A stretch of 64,000 nt of DNA, from the NCBI GenBank assembly GCA_964016885.1, contig OZ024753.1, positions 46,376,001 through 46,440,000 of the forward strand, in the 5' to 3' direction. The position numbers and the translations under genes were made by a program. This document shows, piece by piece, positions 28,922 through 43,532 of this stretch. The notes beneath the pieces were generated by a model, which worked only from the letters and a program-made list of their open reading frames with translations, ran no database searches and was not told where the DNA came from. Source of the DNA: Eledone cirrhosa (lineage: Eukaryota). Position 1 is the stretch's first letter; each line of letters opens with the position of its first letter.

Positions 28922-30279
28922 GATAACTAGTACATACTTCTAGACAGACACAATAGTTACACATCGTGTTACATTACATGCAAGTTTGTTTTTTATCCTT
29001 CAGAGTTCCTTTGCGCACTTTCGTATTTTCGTGTTTGCCTCAAAAATCAAATTCTGTTTAGAGATAATTTAGCAGGATTCCTTCAGAAAACAAAACACAA
29101 CTAAACTAATAAAAATCAATAAATGTTTCCAAAGAAGACGAAAGTCAAACACAAAAAAATTAAAGATTATCTAACACGGAAACTTTCAGTAAAATTCCCG
29201 CTTGAATATTTAACCTGGCGATCTATCGGCCTTTTTTTACTTCAACACCATATATCATCTTGCATCCTTTGGGGGTGAGAGGGGGGGGGGGGCTGTATCA
29301 TTTACATTCCTTTTACTTGCGTCTTGTTTCTTTATATTCCCTCTTTCTCTGTTCCCCTCTTTCTCTCACTCTCTCTCTTTCTCGCTCTCTTTCTTACTTT
29401 CTTTTTCTTACTCGGCCCTGTTTTGTTTGCATGTGACACGCGTTCACACACACACACCTGCATACATTCACACACACACACACCTGCATACATTCACACA
29501 TACACACACATGCACCTAGCGGAAAACTCAACCTTTCCTTTTCTCACTTCCTTCATTTCTTTGCATGTGACATACTCTCACACACACACACATAGGCACA
29601 TACATAGACACACACATGCATAGACACACTTATACATACATAGACACACATATATGTATATATAATTATATATATATATACATAGACACACATATACAGA
29701 CATACATATACATAGACACGCATACATACATAAGGGAAAGCTCATCTCTACCTCTTTCTCCTTTTTTTATTTGTTTGCATGTGACATATACAATTACACT
29801 TACACACACACCAAATCATAGATACACATGCTCACACACACACATACTCTCACACACACACACACACAGACAGACATTTATGTACACATCGACCTATCTC
29901 TCCATTCACTAGAAAATATACATTTCTATCCATCTACCTATATATCTAACTGCATACGTATTTATGTGTGTGTGTGTGAGAGAGAGAGAGTGTGCGCGCG
30001 TGCAAACATACGCATACACATATATTTCAAAACTCAAAGGTGGAGAAGAATTTCAACAATTCTCTCGCCAGTCCCTCTTCGCAGTTTATCATTCAACGTC
30101 AGTTTTCCAATTAATGGACAACTCGCTAGCTGCTTCTTTCTCTGTCCTTTCTACCTAGACTTCTTCACAAAACTATTTAAACAGTCATTTCCAATGTACT
30201 TTCTCTTCTTTTTCTTCTCCCCTCCTCTTCTTTTTCATCTTCTTATTATCATCTTCATCATCCTCATACCTTGAATGTG

Positions 30280-30785
30280 GGTCAAAACAAATGACCAGAG
30301 GTTCCAAACCTTCCTTCAAATTTAAGTCTCTAATGTTTCTCTCAAAATTCTTGCTGATCCTAACTAGACTGTCTATTGTAGATTACATGTTTATATTTTT
30401 ATTTCTATTCCGAGCTTCCCAAGCCAATCTTCTAATTTCTTTGACGCCATTCCAAATCCTTCAACTACTACAGGTACTGTCTCTGCTTTATTTCATAATG
30501 AGGCAACTTCCCTTTTGAGATCCCCAATAGAAGTTACAATTGAACCATACATAACACAAAGAGTAATAGTGAAAGCCCGTCACCATGGAATATGCCTCTC
30601 TTCGTCTTTACTTCTCAAAGAGCCTCACTAGATGATGTAAGCTTTGTTTTCTAAATCCGTATACTGATAAACTTCACTATCTTATTTGCGACTCCAAATA
30701 GATTCATACATTCTATAATTCTATAAAGTGTACAGTATCAGGTCGTACGACTTATTCTATAGTCTACCCACTCCATTGCTAAGTT
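30280..30785 (-). pseudogene. Decayed R4/Dong-type LINE RT fragment
   Basis: Minus-strand translation LAMEWVDY...IIECMNLFGVA...KTKLTSS...KRGIFHGDGLSLLLFVLCM resembles the R4/Dong RT pattern (LAMAWIDY...RGIFQGDSLSPLLF). Confidence 0.7.
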
Positions 30786-30831
30786 GGTATGTCTCCTTCT
30801 ACAATCTATCATCATCATCATTGTGTGATGT

Positions 30832-31052
30832 ATTGGCTGAATCGTAAGGGCATCAGATGAAATGCATTGCAGTATTTCGTTATGACCCACTGACCTCTGA
30901 TGTCAAATCCCACCTAGGTCAGCTTTGTCTTTCCTTCTTCCAGGGTCAATAAAATAAAGTACCAGTCATCTACTGGGATCTATTTAATCGACTTTCTTCC
31001 ACACCACCACCACCGACAAATTGCTAGTCTGGTGACCTAAGTTAGAAATCAT
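30832..31052 (+). mobile_element. SINE, diverged copy
   Basis: TCAAATCCC...GGGTCAATAAAATAAAGTACCAG. Confidence 0.7.
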
Positions 31053-31944
31053 TAATATTGTTGTTGTTGTATATTTTCAGTGAGTTTCGCAGAGAAATAT
31101 ATTTGGTGTAACTAGCAACAGTTAACTAAACTAAAGAGATATAGATTTCAGAGTTTAGTGTACACACGTACACACGTACACACACACACACACACACACA
31201 CACGTGCACACACACACACATGCTCACACAAATGCAAATACATAAACATACACACAAATACACAAACACATACATACGCAGAGAAATAGACACACATATA
31301 TAAATATATATGTAGGTATAAATTCATATCCCATGAGTTGATAGCATCATTTATCATAGTTAACTGTTTAAATGTTTTAGACTAACGTGGATGAAAGTAT
31401 GGCCGTGTGTTTCAGAAGAAACATTTACAACTACCTCATACATACAAATAATATTGTTAAAAATATTGTTGTTATTATTATTGTTGCTTTCCTCTTGTTT
31501 TAACTCCTGATCAAATTTAATTAAGTAGTTCTATACTTAAAAGAATTCTAATTGTCAGTTATTTTTATATTTTTTGCAGGCACAGATTAAAAGGACCTCA
31601 TAATCCAATCTGCTCTTCCTTTTGTAAGACGGTAGAGTGTAATTTGGAGGAAACTGGCAGCTATTTCTAATTTCTCTACTCGGCCCTTTTTACAGGTTTT
31701 ATACATAGAAATAATAAACAGGAGAAATAATAAACAGCTGCTTTCTTTATATATTATATTGTACTTCCATTAAGACGTTACAACTAAATGTTCAGTAAAC
31801 GTATATATTTTATCGTCTCTGAAGACAGATACAGCTCTTAGCAACCAGGAGGAAAGATCGAGTTGACAAATCGCTTAGTTTAACCTTCCATTAAAGCCAT
31901 ATTCGGGATTTGTTGACTTTGTCCTACATTTTGAAAGATATTAA

Positions 31945-32146
31945 TGGTTTCTGATTTAGACACAAGATCAACAGTTTGTGGAGAAGGGAAAGTCGATTAA
32001 ATCGACCTCAGTGCGTTACTGGTACTTTATTTTATCGACCATGTAAGAATGAAAGTCAAATTTAACCTCGGCGGGATTTGAAATCAGAACATAAATGGCC
32101 GTAACTCTATGCCGTGAAGCACAGTGTCCGATGCTCTACCAATACT
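31945..32146 (-). mobile_element. tRNA-derived SINE
   Basis: Matches the family consensus. Confidence 0.8.
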
Positions 32147-32754
32147 GATCAACAATTCTATAGAACATGTAAGGGTGATTGGCTTTACTGAAAGCCAAAA
32201 CCAATCACTTATTCAGCCGACTCTATCTTACTCCATGGATGTTGAGAGATAGTTATAGACAGCAAGGTCAGCAGGATGTTTATTAGAGATCTGGCTGTAA
32301 TTCTCATTGTTAATGTAATTTCAAATACGCTGTGTCAGTGCTTCTCTCATTCCATATCTATTGTACTTGTATCGAATTTCAGTAATTCGTATTATCTTAG
32401 TTTTTGGTGATTTATTTCTTCACTTACGGTCGGCAAGTGAAGATGACAGGAAAAGATAAGGTGTCAGTTTGCTCGACTAAACACCCAGGGGCCACTACAC
32501 AGCTTAACTCTTACCACTGCTCCACTTACTTCTCCACTTGCACTGAAATGCTTCTCTGATCATTGTCACGATGCCAAAATCAATATTTGCCATACGATTG
32601 TATGTATATATATATATATGTGTGTGAGTGTGTGTGTAAATATATGTATATATATAGAGAGAGAGAAAGAGAAAGAAAGAGATATAGAGATATATATAGA
32701 TTGATAGATAGATATACCTATGTGTGTGAGTATTCATTCTTATAATTTTATAGG

Positions 32755-32985
32755 TTTCTTTCAGTCATGTGATTGTGACCATATTTGGGTATTGCCTTTA
32801 TTTAGCCAAACGTATCGACCCCCAGTATTTATGTTTTCAAGTCTGGTACACAGTTTATCGACCTCAGTTTTGTCGAGTAATTAATTTACGGGATGCACAC
32901 ACAGATACAAACGTAAACATAGTGAGGAACACACACTTATATGTTGATATCGGGCTTTTGCAATCTGTCTACCAACTTCCACTTC
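32755..32985 (-). mobile_element. Diverged SINE of a second family
   Basis: ATCGACCCCCAGTA...CTGGTAC...TTTATCGAC core, with similarity to the 23112 fragment. Confidence 0.45.
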
Positions 32986-33133
32986 ACACCAATCCAAAGT
33001 TATCCACAAACACAAATAAGTGGAACGACAGCTGTCTCCACAAAGATAGGTCTATGTCAGAGGATTGTTAACAGAGACCTCAGTCCACACGTAGCAAGGT
33101 AGGTCACATATATATACATGTAATTAAGGTATG

Positions 33134-33199
<66 letters not shown>

Positions 33200-33354
33200 T
33201 TAAGGTAAACTTTGTTGCAATCGATTCGAGCACTCAACGTACTTTTTCCACATAGAAGTGACGGAGTATATTTAGAATTAAAAAATTCAAAGTAGTTTCA
33301 GATGTTAAAGGACTTTAACATCTGAAACTACTTTGCATTTTCTTATTTTCTCTC

Positions 33355-33447
<93 letters not shown>

Positions 33448-33604
33448 GCGTAATTAAGGGCATTTATAAGCGTAATTAAGACCATCAATTGTCTAAACTT
33501 GAACGTAGATAAATACTTCTGGAGAACCCAAAGCCATCCTTGAACTGAAACCAACGTAATCCATGAAGGTACATACAACTTCACTCACCAGACATGTACA
33601 CATG

Positions 33605-33745
33605 TTTCTTCATTTATTATCGACGCCGAAAGGATGAAAGGTAAAGGTGACTTGGTCAGTATTAGAACTTGGAGCACACAGAACCAGAACCAATACCACA
33701 GAGTATTTAAACCACCTCCCTACCAACTCCGACAATTCGCCGCCA
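33605..33745 (-). mobile_element. SINE, diverged partial copy
   Basis: TATCGACGCCGAAAGGATGAAAGGTAAAGGTGAC. Confidence 0.6.
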
Positions 33746-34601
33746 GTATTTGGTTTGTATGTAGTTTTAATATCTCCGCCAATCCACCGAGGCCAACATT
33801 TCTGTGTCAGTGTTCATTTTATAACAGAATTCTAAGTGATGTATTTAAATCAGTGATGTTATTTTTGTGTACAAGTTAAGAGAGCATTGAGGTCCCAACC
33901 TCACCCACCATCTCCTCGGAGAGATTTCTCTGCGAGGAAAACAATAAAGGTGAGAATTTCTGGTCAACAGAAATACTAAATTATTGGAGGTGAGTATTGT
34001 TGTTTAAAGCCCGCTAGATGTCGCAACTCTCCGTTTAAATTCCCACTGGACTAAACTACGAACTGGAGATGATGAGATTGGGTTGTTTCTAGTGAAGTCT
34101 TTTGTTGTGTTTAGATTTCATGTAGAAAGGGTTGCAGGTGTCAGGTTTTTGCATATCTGCGTGTGTCATATGTCTTGGGGCGGTAGGTATGGATATGTGT
34201 CTGTGTCAGTATACATGTGTGTGTATATATGTGTGTGAATGTGCGTGTATAATATAAATTTCTGTTTATGTACCTGTGCGTATATGTATGAGCGTGTGAA
34301 TGTGTTTATATATATGATATATATATACATACATATCCCATATATATATACATACATATATATATACACATATATAAACATAAATACGCATATATAAACA
34401 TATATATATATACATATATATATACACATATATAAACATAAATACGCATATATAAACATATATACGTATATATAAACATATATACGTATATATATACATA
34501 TATACGTATATATATACATATATATATATACATATACATATATATATATACATATATATATACACATATATATATACATATATATATATACATATATACG
34601 C

Positions 34602-34648
<47 letters not shown>

Positions 34649-34659
34649 CATATATATGC

Positions 34660-34690
<31 letters not shown>

Positions 34691-35084
34691 CATATATACG
34701 CATATATATACATATATATATATATATACATATATACGCATATATATACATATATATACATATATATGCATATATAAGCATATATATATATGTATATCCA
34801 TATATATATATTATATTTTTGTGAACGTGAGTGAATTATATTTGTGGCTATTCACCGTATTTTGTCGTGTTAATATTTCTTTATCAACTCCTGCCCCTCC
34901 TCTTCCTCCTACTCTCTTCCTTTCTACCTCTGCCTTACACTCCTTCCATCTTGCACTTCATTATCTGACAAAGATCAATCGTAGTCCGCTTTTTCCTACA
35001 TTACTTTCTTCTTCTTTCCTCTTCACTTTCTCTCTAATCTCATCACTCATCTCTTACGATGCCTTTTCCTTGTCAACTTGTCCT

Positions 35085-35115
<31 letters not shown>

Positions 35116-35118
<3 letters not shown>

Positions 35119-35179
35119 GGAAAAAGTATGACCCCGACGGCAGAGCTCAAGCCGTTTCGACGGCTATTTCTGGACTAAA
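35116..35179 (-). mobile_element. Family A short copy in (TA)n
   Basis: GACCCCGACGGCAGAGCTCAAGCCGTTTCGACGGCTATTTCTGGACT. Confidence 0.8.
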
Positions 35180-35251
35180 ATATATATATATATGTATATA
35201 TATGTATATATATATATTGTTATAATTCATCGCCGCTATATATATATATGT

Positions 35252-35488
35252 ATATTTATTAAAATAACAGATTAAAGTTTAAGCAAAGAATCGCTGCTTT
35301 CACCCTTAACAGGATCTTCTGAAACTAACCTTAGTTTCAGAAGATCCTGTTAAGGGTGAAAGCAGCGATTCTTAAACTTTAATCTGTTATTTTAATAAAT
35401 ATTTGCTCTACGGTTCTTATATATTTGATATATATTTATCCTTATCGAGCCCTCTTTGGATTTTAGTCTTCATATTTATTATTATTAC
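35252..35488 (+). mobile_element. Fold-back element family C: inverted repeat 35252-35328 / 35331-35402 (5-bp indel between arms) plus tail, in (TA)n
   Basis: Centre AACTAA-CC-TTAGTT. The right arm and tail recur at 60407-60515. Confidence 0.75.
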
Positions 35489-35527
<39 letters not shown>

Positions 35528-35653
35528 TATAAGCATATATAGATATGCATATATATATTATTATTACCATGCATCATATATATATATATGAAGTATGGTA
35601 ATAATAATAATATATATATGCATATCTATATATCTATGTATGCTTATAATATA

Positions 35654-35689
<36 letters not shown>

Positions 35690-36217
35690 CAACCAAAGAA
35701 AATAGTAGAATAAACTTCTTATCTCATTGAATGCCTTACAATTGTTTCCTTGTGCCATCGATCATTACAGTCAAAGTTCAAGTTGAACCTGCATCTTGCC
35801 CTATTGGGTTCGACCTTTCAATATATTTTGTTCTTTTTATATTACATGTTCTGCTTATTTTTGCTTCTGGCGAGGTATTGCTTACTTCTTTGCACATATT
35901 GTGTACAATTTTATCCCATCTACTTGAATTTAAACTGTGTAATGATCGATGGCAACACGGAAGCAATTGTAAGGCAATAAATGAGATAAGAACCTTTTTC
36001 TATAATTTTCTTTAGTTGGATATGTTCTGTGTTTACGTCTATCTTTCTATATTATTTTACCTTAAAAATAGTTTTTTTTTTATCTTCCATCCATAACTAC
36101 ATAAACACATTGAGTCTTGTATAAAAAAAATATTTGAGAATCCTTTACTCTTCTATATAGCTCTCAACACACAAATATAGTTATATTTTTTACCTTTGCT
36201 CTTGCTCTCTCACCCCC

Positions 36218-36278
<61 letters not shown>

Positions 36279-36289
36279 CGTGCTTCTGA

Positions 36290-36425
36290 AGTGTACGCTT
36301 GCCAAATTCCACTCCCAAGGCATTGGGTAACACAAAAGTGTAGCAGAACACACTTAGCCTAATGTACCACGCAATGTGAATGAACACAAGAGCTACGTAG
36401 TTACAAAGCGAACTCCCTAACCACC
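36290..36425 (-). mobile_element. Diverged SINE 5' (tRNA-like) half
   Basis: Minus strand begins GTGGTTAGGGAGTTCGCT (A-box-like) followed by a degenerate B box. Confidence 0.4.
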
Positions 36426-38387
36426 ATTTTAAGTGTCGATTAGCTTTTATATTCTTGTTGTATTTATTTTATTTTCCAATATTACGACAACAGAATCAAT
36501 GTAAGCTGGAAGCATTGTAAAAGCTAGAGCAGAGGACAGGGAACGATCCAGTAATTTTGGAGAGTGAAACTTTCGTTTTCATTCTGGATAATCTGTGGAA
36601 AAGAACGGCTGGCTAATAGATTTTCAGATTATATAGGATTTAAAGAGATTAAGGGTCAAGGGAAAAAACCAAATGATATTATGTTATTAATGTTGAGGTA
36701 TTTTAGAAAATGGGCGACAATTTCAATCTGAGATTCACTAATAACTCTAAATCAGCCTCCACTGTACAATGGACGCTGATTATTTAATTAATGGTTCAAC
36801 ACGCAAAGTGCAAAGGATTAAATTAAACCTTACATTGTTGCTAATGGAAGAATGTCACATTAATTATGATACATATCAAGTTAATGAGTATCTTGGAGAA
36901 ATTGTGAATTGTGGACAGCGAAATATGTGTTATGTATTTAGTTTGATCTTGCCAACTTCTGATGCCAAAACCACACAGAACACCAGACTTAGCGTTTCGT
37001 CTTTCTAGGTTTGATAATAATAATTCTTTACATCGTTAACGTGACTCTTTGTTAAGGAGGAAACTGTATGATTGGTGATTACATCAACCGTTATACAATC
37101 CTAGAGTTCTGGGATCAAATCACACACCAGTAGATTTAATTTAGTTTGGGAAAATTTACTTTAAAATTTTAATTTTTCGGAATTAAAATTTTGAACCAAA
37201 TTTTCCAGTCTGACCTTCTATTGTTGTTTAATGTGTATGTACATATGTATGTACGTATATATATATATACATATGTGTGTGTGTGTGTGTGTGCATACAT
37301 ACATATATATTTACATATATATATATATTTACATATGTATATATATTTACATATATATATTTACATATATATATATTTACATATATATATATATTTACAT
37401 ATATATATATATTTACATATATCTATATATACAAGTAAATAATCGAGAATCAGAATTTCGGCCCACGAAATAACGATAAACAATCTTCGACATGTGTAGC
37501 AGAGGGCTCAATAGTTTGGATAAACCAGAGCTATAACTATCGTTAAAGTACCAACACATAGAGACGATGCCTAAAATCATTCGCACAGCCGAAAAAAACG
37601 ACCAGGAAAATTCGGGTCACTCAAATAATAAATTAATAAATTAATAAATATATATACATATTTATATTTATATTTATATATATATTGTGTTCGGAAAAGA
37701 TTGTTTTGGTAAAAACAGGAACAAACAGGAGAAAGCTCTCAACAAACGTTGTTTTAGTTACGATGGAGAATTTTATAAAAAATAATAAAATAAGATGCTG
37801 AGGTTACATATATCGTTTAATCATAATAATTATTTCTACGGTTCTCCATGCAATCGAGATGTCCTTCATACATTTGCTGTTGATTATGAGAACGGTTTCC
37901 TCAGATGAAAATCGATATATTTGATACAACAACTGTATTAATTAATATGTTGGATAACCAGATTAAGTATCACAACACACACTTTACAATTTATTTTTCA
38001 TACAGAAGGCTGCCCTTGGTATTTCTCCCCACCCAATCAGTCATTATTTTACGTTGGAGGTATCTTGTTTGTAACCATAGTAATATAAATAGGAATAACA
38101 AACTTCATGTTGACTGCCTAATCGTAAGTTGTACTTGATAATTTAACAGATATAAGCTAACTGTAGAGTAGTGTTTTGGTAGTGTTAAATAAAGACTATA
38201 TTGCTGTTACTGTTGTTGTTGTTACTGTTGTGGTTGGAACTGTTGTTGTTGTTACTGTTGTCTTTGTTCTTGTAGGTGTGTATCATTCTGAAGTTGACTA
38301 CTAAGATAAGCTATGTCGTTGTTGTTGTTGTTCGGGTGGGGATGGGGCAGAGAACGTGGTCGTGTTTGGGAAGAATACATAGATAAG

Positions 38388-38700
38388 TGATGGTGGAGGT
38401 GGTGAGGTGGAGGTGGTGATGGTGGCGGTGATGATGGTGGAGACGGTGATGGTGGTGATGGTGGAGGTGGTGGAGTTGGTGATGGTGGAGAAGGTGATGG
38501 TGGAGGTGGTGGAGGTGGTGATGGTGGAGAAGGTGATGGTGGAGGTGGTTATGGTGAAGGTGGTGATGGTGGAGGTGGTGATGGTGGAGAAGGTGATGGT
38601 GGCGGTGGTGATGGTGGAGAAGGTGATGGTGGTGATGGTGGAGGTGATGATGGTGAAGGTGGTGATGGTGGAGGTGGTGATGGTGGAGAAGGTGATGAGG
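38388..38700. repeat. (GGTGAT/GGTGGA) repeat
   Basis: Seen directly in sequence. Confidence 0.9.
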
Positions 38701-39048
38701 GGATGCATAGATAAGCGATGTTGTTATTAACTACAAAGATACAATGACGATAAGACAGACGTTAGGTGTGCACTGGTCCTAAATAAATGTGCACTGATGT
38801 TAATAACGGTGCATCTCTCCTACTAACAGATGTTAAAACCAGATTAAAAGAATTTCCGAATAACATAGCTCACTTCAGAATGTCTTTCATTCGCAGATAA
38901 AGAAAACATTTCTTTTTAATTTAAGACTTTTGGGGTTCATGTTGATGCAAGAGAAAGAAGGAAAGGAAAGACTATACATACACCTCGAACAAATTAACAT
39001 ATTTCTGCAAACAATAACATTTTATATTATTTAGAATATCAGGAGGAA

Positions 39049-39285
39049 GGAGCAGTGCCCCTGGCCTTTACAAGGTAGCTGAAACTGGGGTCGGGGGAGC
39101 AGTGCCCCTGGCCTTTACAAGGTAGCTGAAACTGGGGTCGGGGGAGCAGTGCCCCTGGCCTTTACAAGGTAGCTGAAACTGGGGTCGGGGGAGCAGTGCC
39201 CCTGGCCTTTACAAGGTAGCTGAAACTGGGGTCGGGGAGCAGTGCCCCTGGCCTTTACAAGGTAGCTGAAACTGGGGTTGGGGGA
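39049..39285. repeat. GC-rich minisatellite, 47-bp unit x5
   Basis: GAGCAGTGCCCCTGGCCTTTACAAGGTAGCTGAAACTGGGGTCGGGG starting at 39050, 39097 and onward. Confidence 0.95.
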
Positions 39286-39545
39286 GGAATGTCGTTTATG
39301 ATCCGCTTAAACTGTTTCAAGGCCACTCCTTTTGGAAATACGCGATCAGTGAAGTATTTCCAGAGAGAGGACCTTCTTAGAAAGAAGAATTAGGTATAGT
39401 GGTTTGTATGAGATCTGGGGGCTGGATAGAACAGGAATGATGAGAGAATGGAATAGATGTGGTATACGACTAGCAATCAAAGAGGAGCAGAAAACATAGT
39501 AGTGGTAATATAATCAGAAAGAGGAGACAGAATGTCTGGGAGTCA
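39286..39545 (-). pseudogene. Decayed LINE ORF2 C-terminus
   Basis: Minus strand reads FFLRRSSLWKYFTDRVFPKGVALKQFKRIINDI, similar to the LINE end pattern SFFxRTxxLWNxLPxxVFPxxxxLxxFKxxIN. Confidence 0.55.
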
Positions 39546-39763
39546 GAAGCGGGGGTTGGGGGGGGGGTGATGTATGTTTATAAATAATTGGTAGAAATAT
39601 AGTACAAGAGAATCCAAATGCACCGTCTTAGGCAGCACAAATGTGATCAAACAATGAAACCAAGATATAAACTATTGAAATAATGGTATACACTACATCA
39701 CAGAGAATCATTGATACATGGTTACATAGCTTTTGTACTTACGTACACAGAAACAAACACACA

Positions 39764-39812
<49 letters not shown>

Positions 39813-40169
39813 TATATGGGGGGGGTATGTGTGTATGTGTGTGCATGTGTGTGTATAAGTCGATGTGTAGCTAACATATTTGGCAAACTTCATGTTTTGA
39901 AATCAGGTTTACGTCTCAAGTATTTTGGCAAGGAGAAAAACCAAGAGAGAGCTGCATAAAACATAAAATATATGAAATAAGTATTTAAAACAATCATATA
40001 GTACGTATGATTGTTTTAAATAGTTATTTTGATTTCCCATCGAATCTGTCACGTTTAAAGCGTCTATGTGTGTTTGCATATGTATGGCTGCACCCTCACA
40101 TACACGTAAACATATATAAGCATATATATACTTGCATACCTACATCTCTCTCTATCTCTCTATCTCTCT

Positions 40170-40220
<51 letters not shown>

Positions 40221-40549
40221 CATATATACATACATAAAATATATTTTCACACATATATACGTATATACTTACATGTATATTATCCTATAGATGTATGTGT
40301 GTACAGCTCTATGTATGTGTGTGAGAGAGAGTTTACGTGAGAATTGTTGTGTATTACTTTTATATTATATATTTGCACAAAAGATAACTGTCAATTATAT
40401 AACAATGGTATCTCAGATTTACAGCACATTCTAGCTTCAATCTAGGTGTGTGTGTATATATATATATGTATGCGTATGTGTGTGCGTGTATGTATGTGTG
40501 TATATATATGTTTTTATGTGAGCAGGTGTAAACATATAGTGTGTGTGTA

Positions 40550-40612
<63 letters not shown>

Positions 40613-40721
40613 ATAAATATATATAATAATAAATAAATAAATAAATAAATAAATATATATATATATATATATATAATAAATAAATAAATATATATATAAT
40701 AATAAATAAATAAATATATAA

Positions 40722-40814
<93 letters not shown>

Positions 40815-41135
40815 CATACAAAGATACACGAACACATACGCACATACATACACACACATACAGGTATGAGTTTGGTGTTGTTTGTAAACAAGTCTTCCCA
40901 CCTAGTATGTGATTGGTTGTTACTGAAGTCGTGGAAATCTTATGTCAGATTTTTATGTCATATTCTCATATTTATTTAATGAACTTAAAACTATTCCAAG
41001 ATATTTTCTTTCCAAACAAATCTATATCAAATATATTTCGTTTTATCATTTAGAGGAATTATTCAGTTTTAGACATTTGTAAAAGCATCATACATTATAC
41101 TATAACACACACACAAACATATATATATATATATA

Positions 41136-41350
41136 TAACGAAGGAAGTGTGGTAAGGAACCAGGTGAACCATAACGCACCAGAGTACTCGATACTTTGGG
41201 TAGTAGAGTGGGTAATAGGAAAATAGTCAGGACTCCGACGGCAGAGCTCAAGCCTTTTCGACAGCTATTTCTGGACTCAGAAATAGCTGTCGAGAAATAA
41301 CTGTCGATACGGCTTGAGCTCTGCCGTCGGGGTCCTGACTCTTTTCCTAT
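41136..41350 (-). mobile_element. Family A fold-back copy: tail 41136-41214 plus diverged inverted repeat 41215-41350
   Basis: Same architecture as 25625-25816 in the opposite orientation. Arms have mismatches and a 14-bp duplication. Confidence 0.85.
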
Positions 41351-41390
41351 ATATAATTATATATTTATATATATATATATATATATATAT

Positions 41391-41596
41391 ACAAATTTTA
41401 GTACAGCATTAACGAAGCTTTAGTTTGCGGCCAAGCTAACGAATGCAAATTCGGTATGTAGCTTTAGCACTCGAATGGGAATAGTACCCCAGAGTAATAA
41501 CAATACGTTTAGACAGCTTAGCAAATCAAATATAGCGATCGGCAGTCCAGCCGCATCACCACAGCAACGAAAATACAGAACTCAGGAAAAGATTTT
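41391..41596. repeat. Dispersed repeat (family D), also at 56507-56666 and 57101-57256
   Basis: ACGAATGCAAATTCGG...GTACCCCAGAGTAATAACAATACGTTTAGACAGCTTAGCAAATCAAATATAG present three times. Confidence 0.85.
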
Positions 41597-41689
41597 ATAT
41601 AGTCGATCGACTTTCATCAAATCGGACCGAGGAAACAATGTTTCCATTGGTCTTTCCAATTGCTAATACTATCTATCGGTCGCAATTCC

Positions 41690-41820
41690 AGGTAGAAGGA
41701 GCAACATGAAATAAAGTGTCTTGCTCAAGGACATAACTCATCATCCGGTCCGGGAATCGAACTCACAACCTCACGATTGCGAATGCAATCCTCAAAATTC
41801 TCAGCCACGTGCCTTCACAA
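41690..41820 (-). mobile_element. tRNA-derived SINE head with a CORE-like segment
   Basis: Minus strand: GTGGCTGAG (A box), GAGTTCGATTCC (B box), then TGTCCTTGAGCAAGACACTTTA. Confidence 0.65.
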
Positions 41821-42371
41821 TATATACATATACATACATATATTCATACATTCATGCGTACAGACATATATTCATACATATATATATACACATACATACT
41901 ACAGACAGACAGACAGACAAGGACGGCCTGCTGGCCTAAAAAGTCAAATCCGTGCCACACACATGCAGAAGCGTGTGTGAAAATTCAAGCGATGGCAATA
42001 CACGAGCAAGAGGTAGTACCTTCATATATATGTGTGTGTGTGTATATATATGTGAGGGTGTATGTGTCTGTGTGTGTGTGTTTCTATGTATATGTGTGTG
42101 TATGTTAATCTGATCATATTGAGGACTAGATGAAGAAGCGACATCAGACAAAAGGATAGACTCAATTACAGTCTCCTGATAATCTCTAAGACAACAGTTA
42201 TATGTTGCTATAGTAACAAGAACTTGTCCTGAATTTTTAGAAAATCAGGCTGAAGGGAAAACTTAATAATGTCAACAACATTCGTTGATTTTTCCACTTC
42301 CATCATTTATATTCTTCTTGTGGTTTTCTTGTTTTATATTTCTTGTTTGATTTTGTCTGATTTTATTTTGA

Positions 42372-42408
<37 letters not shown>

Positions 42409-42527
42409 TTAAACATTACTATCGACAATGAGTAGTTATTACCTTTATAAAACATATTTTCATTTCTCAGCCTCTATCTATCTCTATGTATCTGCCTAGC
42501 TATTTATTTCTTTTGTTCTCTATCTAA

Positions 42528-42567
<40 letters not shown>

Positions 42568-42693
42568 AGAACAATACCTCCCTCTATTCAATGATGAATA
42601 ACTAGTTTCCGAAACATTACACGATACACTCCTAACGAAAATCCAACATCCTGCTAGTCTACGAGCTCTCCTCAAACATATGCACTCATAATA

Positions 42694-42740
<47 letters not shown>

Positions 42741-42763
42741 CATACATACATATATACACATAC

Positions 42764-42796
<33 letters not shown>

Positions 42797-42876
42797 ATTA
42801 TTTATACAAAAGTAGGCTTCCCTGAAACTATCAACACGTACATTTTTACCTGCTCTCTCTCTCTCTCCCCGCCCCC

Positions 42877-42929
<53 letters not shown>

Positions 42930-43042
42930 ATATAAAAGAGCAGAAAATAACTGCAATAACAGTCAATCATGATAGATAATACTTGAGAAAATTGTATATA
43001 TATATATACAAATATATATTTATATACACATACATATCGTTC

Positions 43043-43084
<42 letters not shown>

Positions 43085-43501
43085 GCTACCTCTCAGTCTA
43101 TCCCTAATTTAAAAAGGGTTAAAACAGTTCCATTAATTATCTCCTGTTTTAGATCATACTCTATACCTCCTCCTCTTCTATTTCCTAATTCTTCACTTGA
43201 TGATCATTTCCCTACAACTGATTACTTTTAAGACGGGATAATCGCTAGATTTCTCTTTTTTTTTTTAATTAGTTGCATGCAAAGAAGCTAGCCTAAAAGC
43301 CGATAATGAAACAGAATAAAAGAAAATTAGAATTTTCCATGTGAGTCACTGACATAATGATGTGATTTAATAACGTCAGAGTGAAGAAAATAAAAAAAAA
43401 AAGTCTTCTTTTTTTCTTTCTTAAACTCTTTATCTCGTATATCTTGTGACAAAAGGTAACGAATTGGGAAACGCAGGGAAAGACACACGACACGTTTATG
43501 C

Positions 43502-43532
<31 letters not shown>

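Noticed and set aside
39049-39285. Regular repeats that could be mistaken for a CRISPR array (also 46183-46705)
   Set aside because: Head-to-tail units without unique spacers, in a eukaryotic context with no cas genes.
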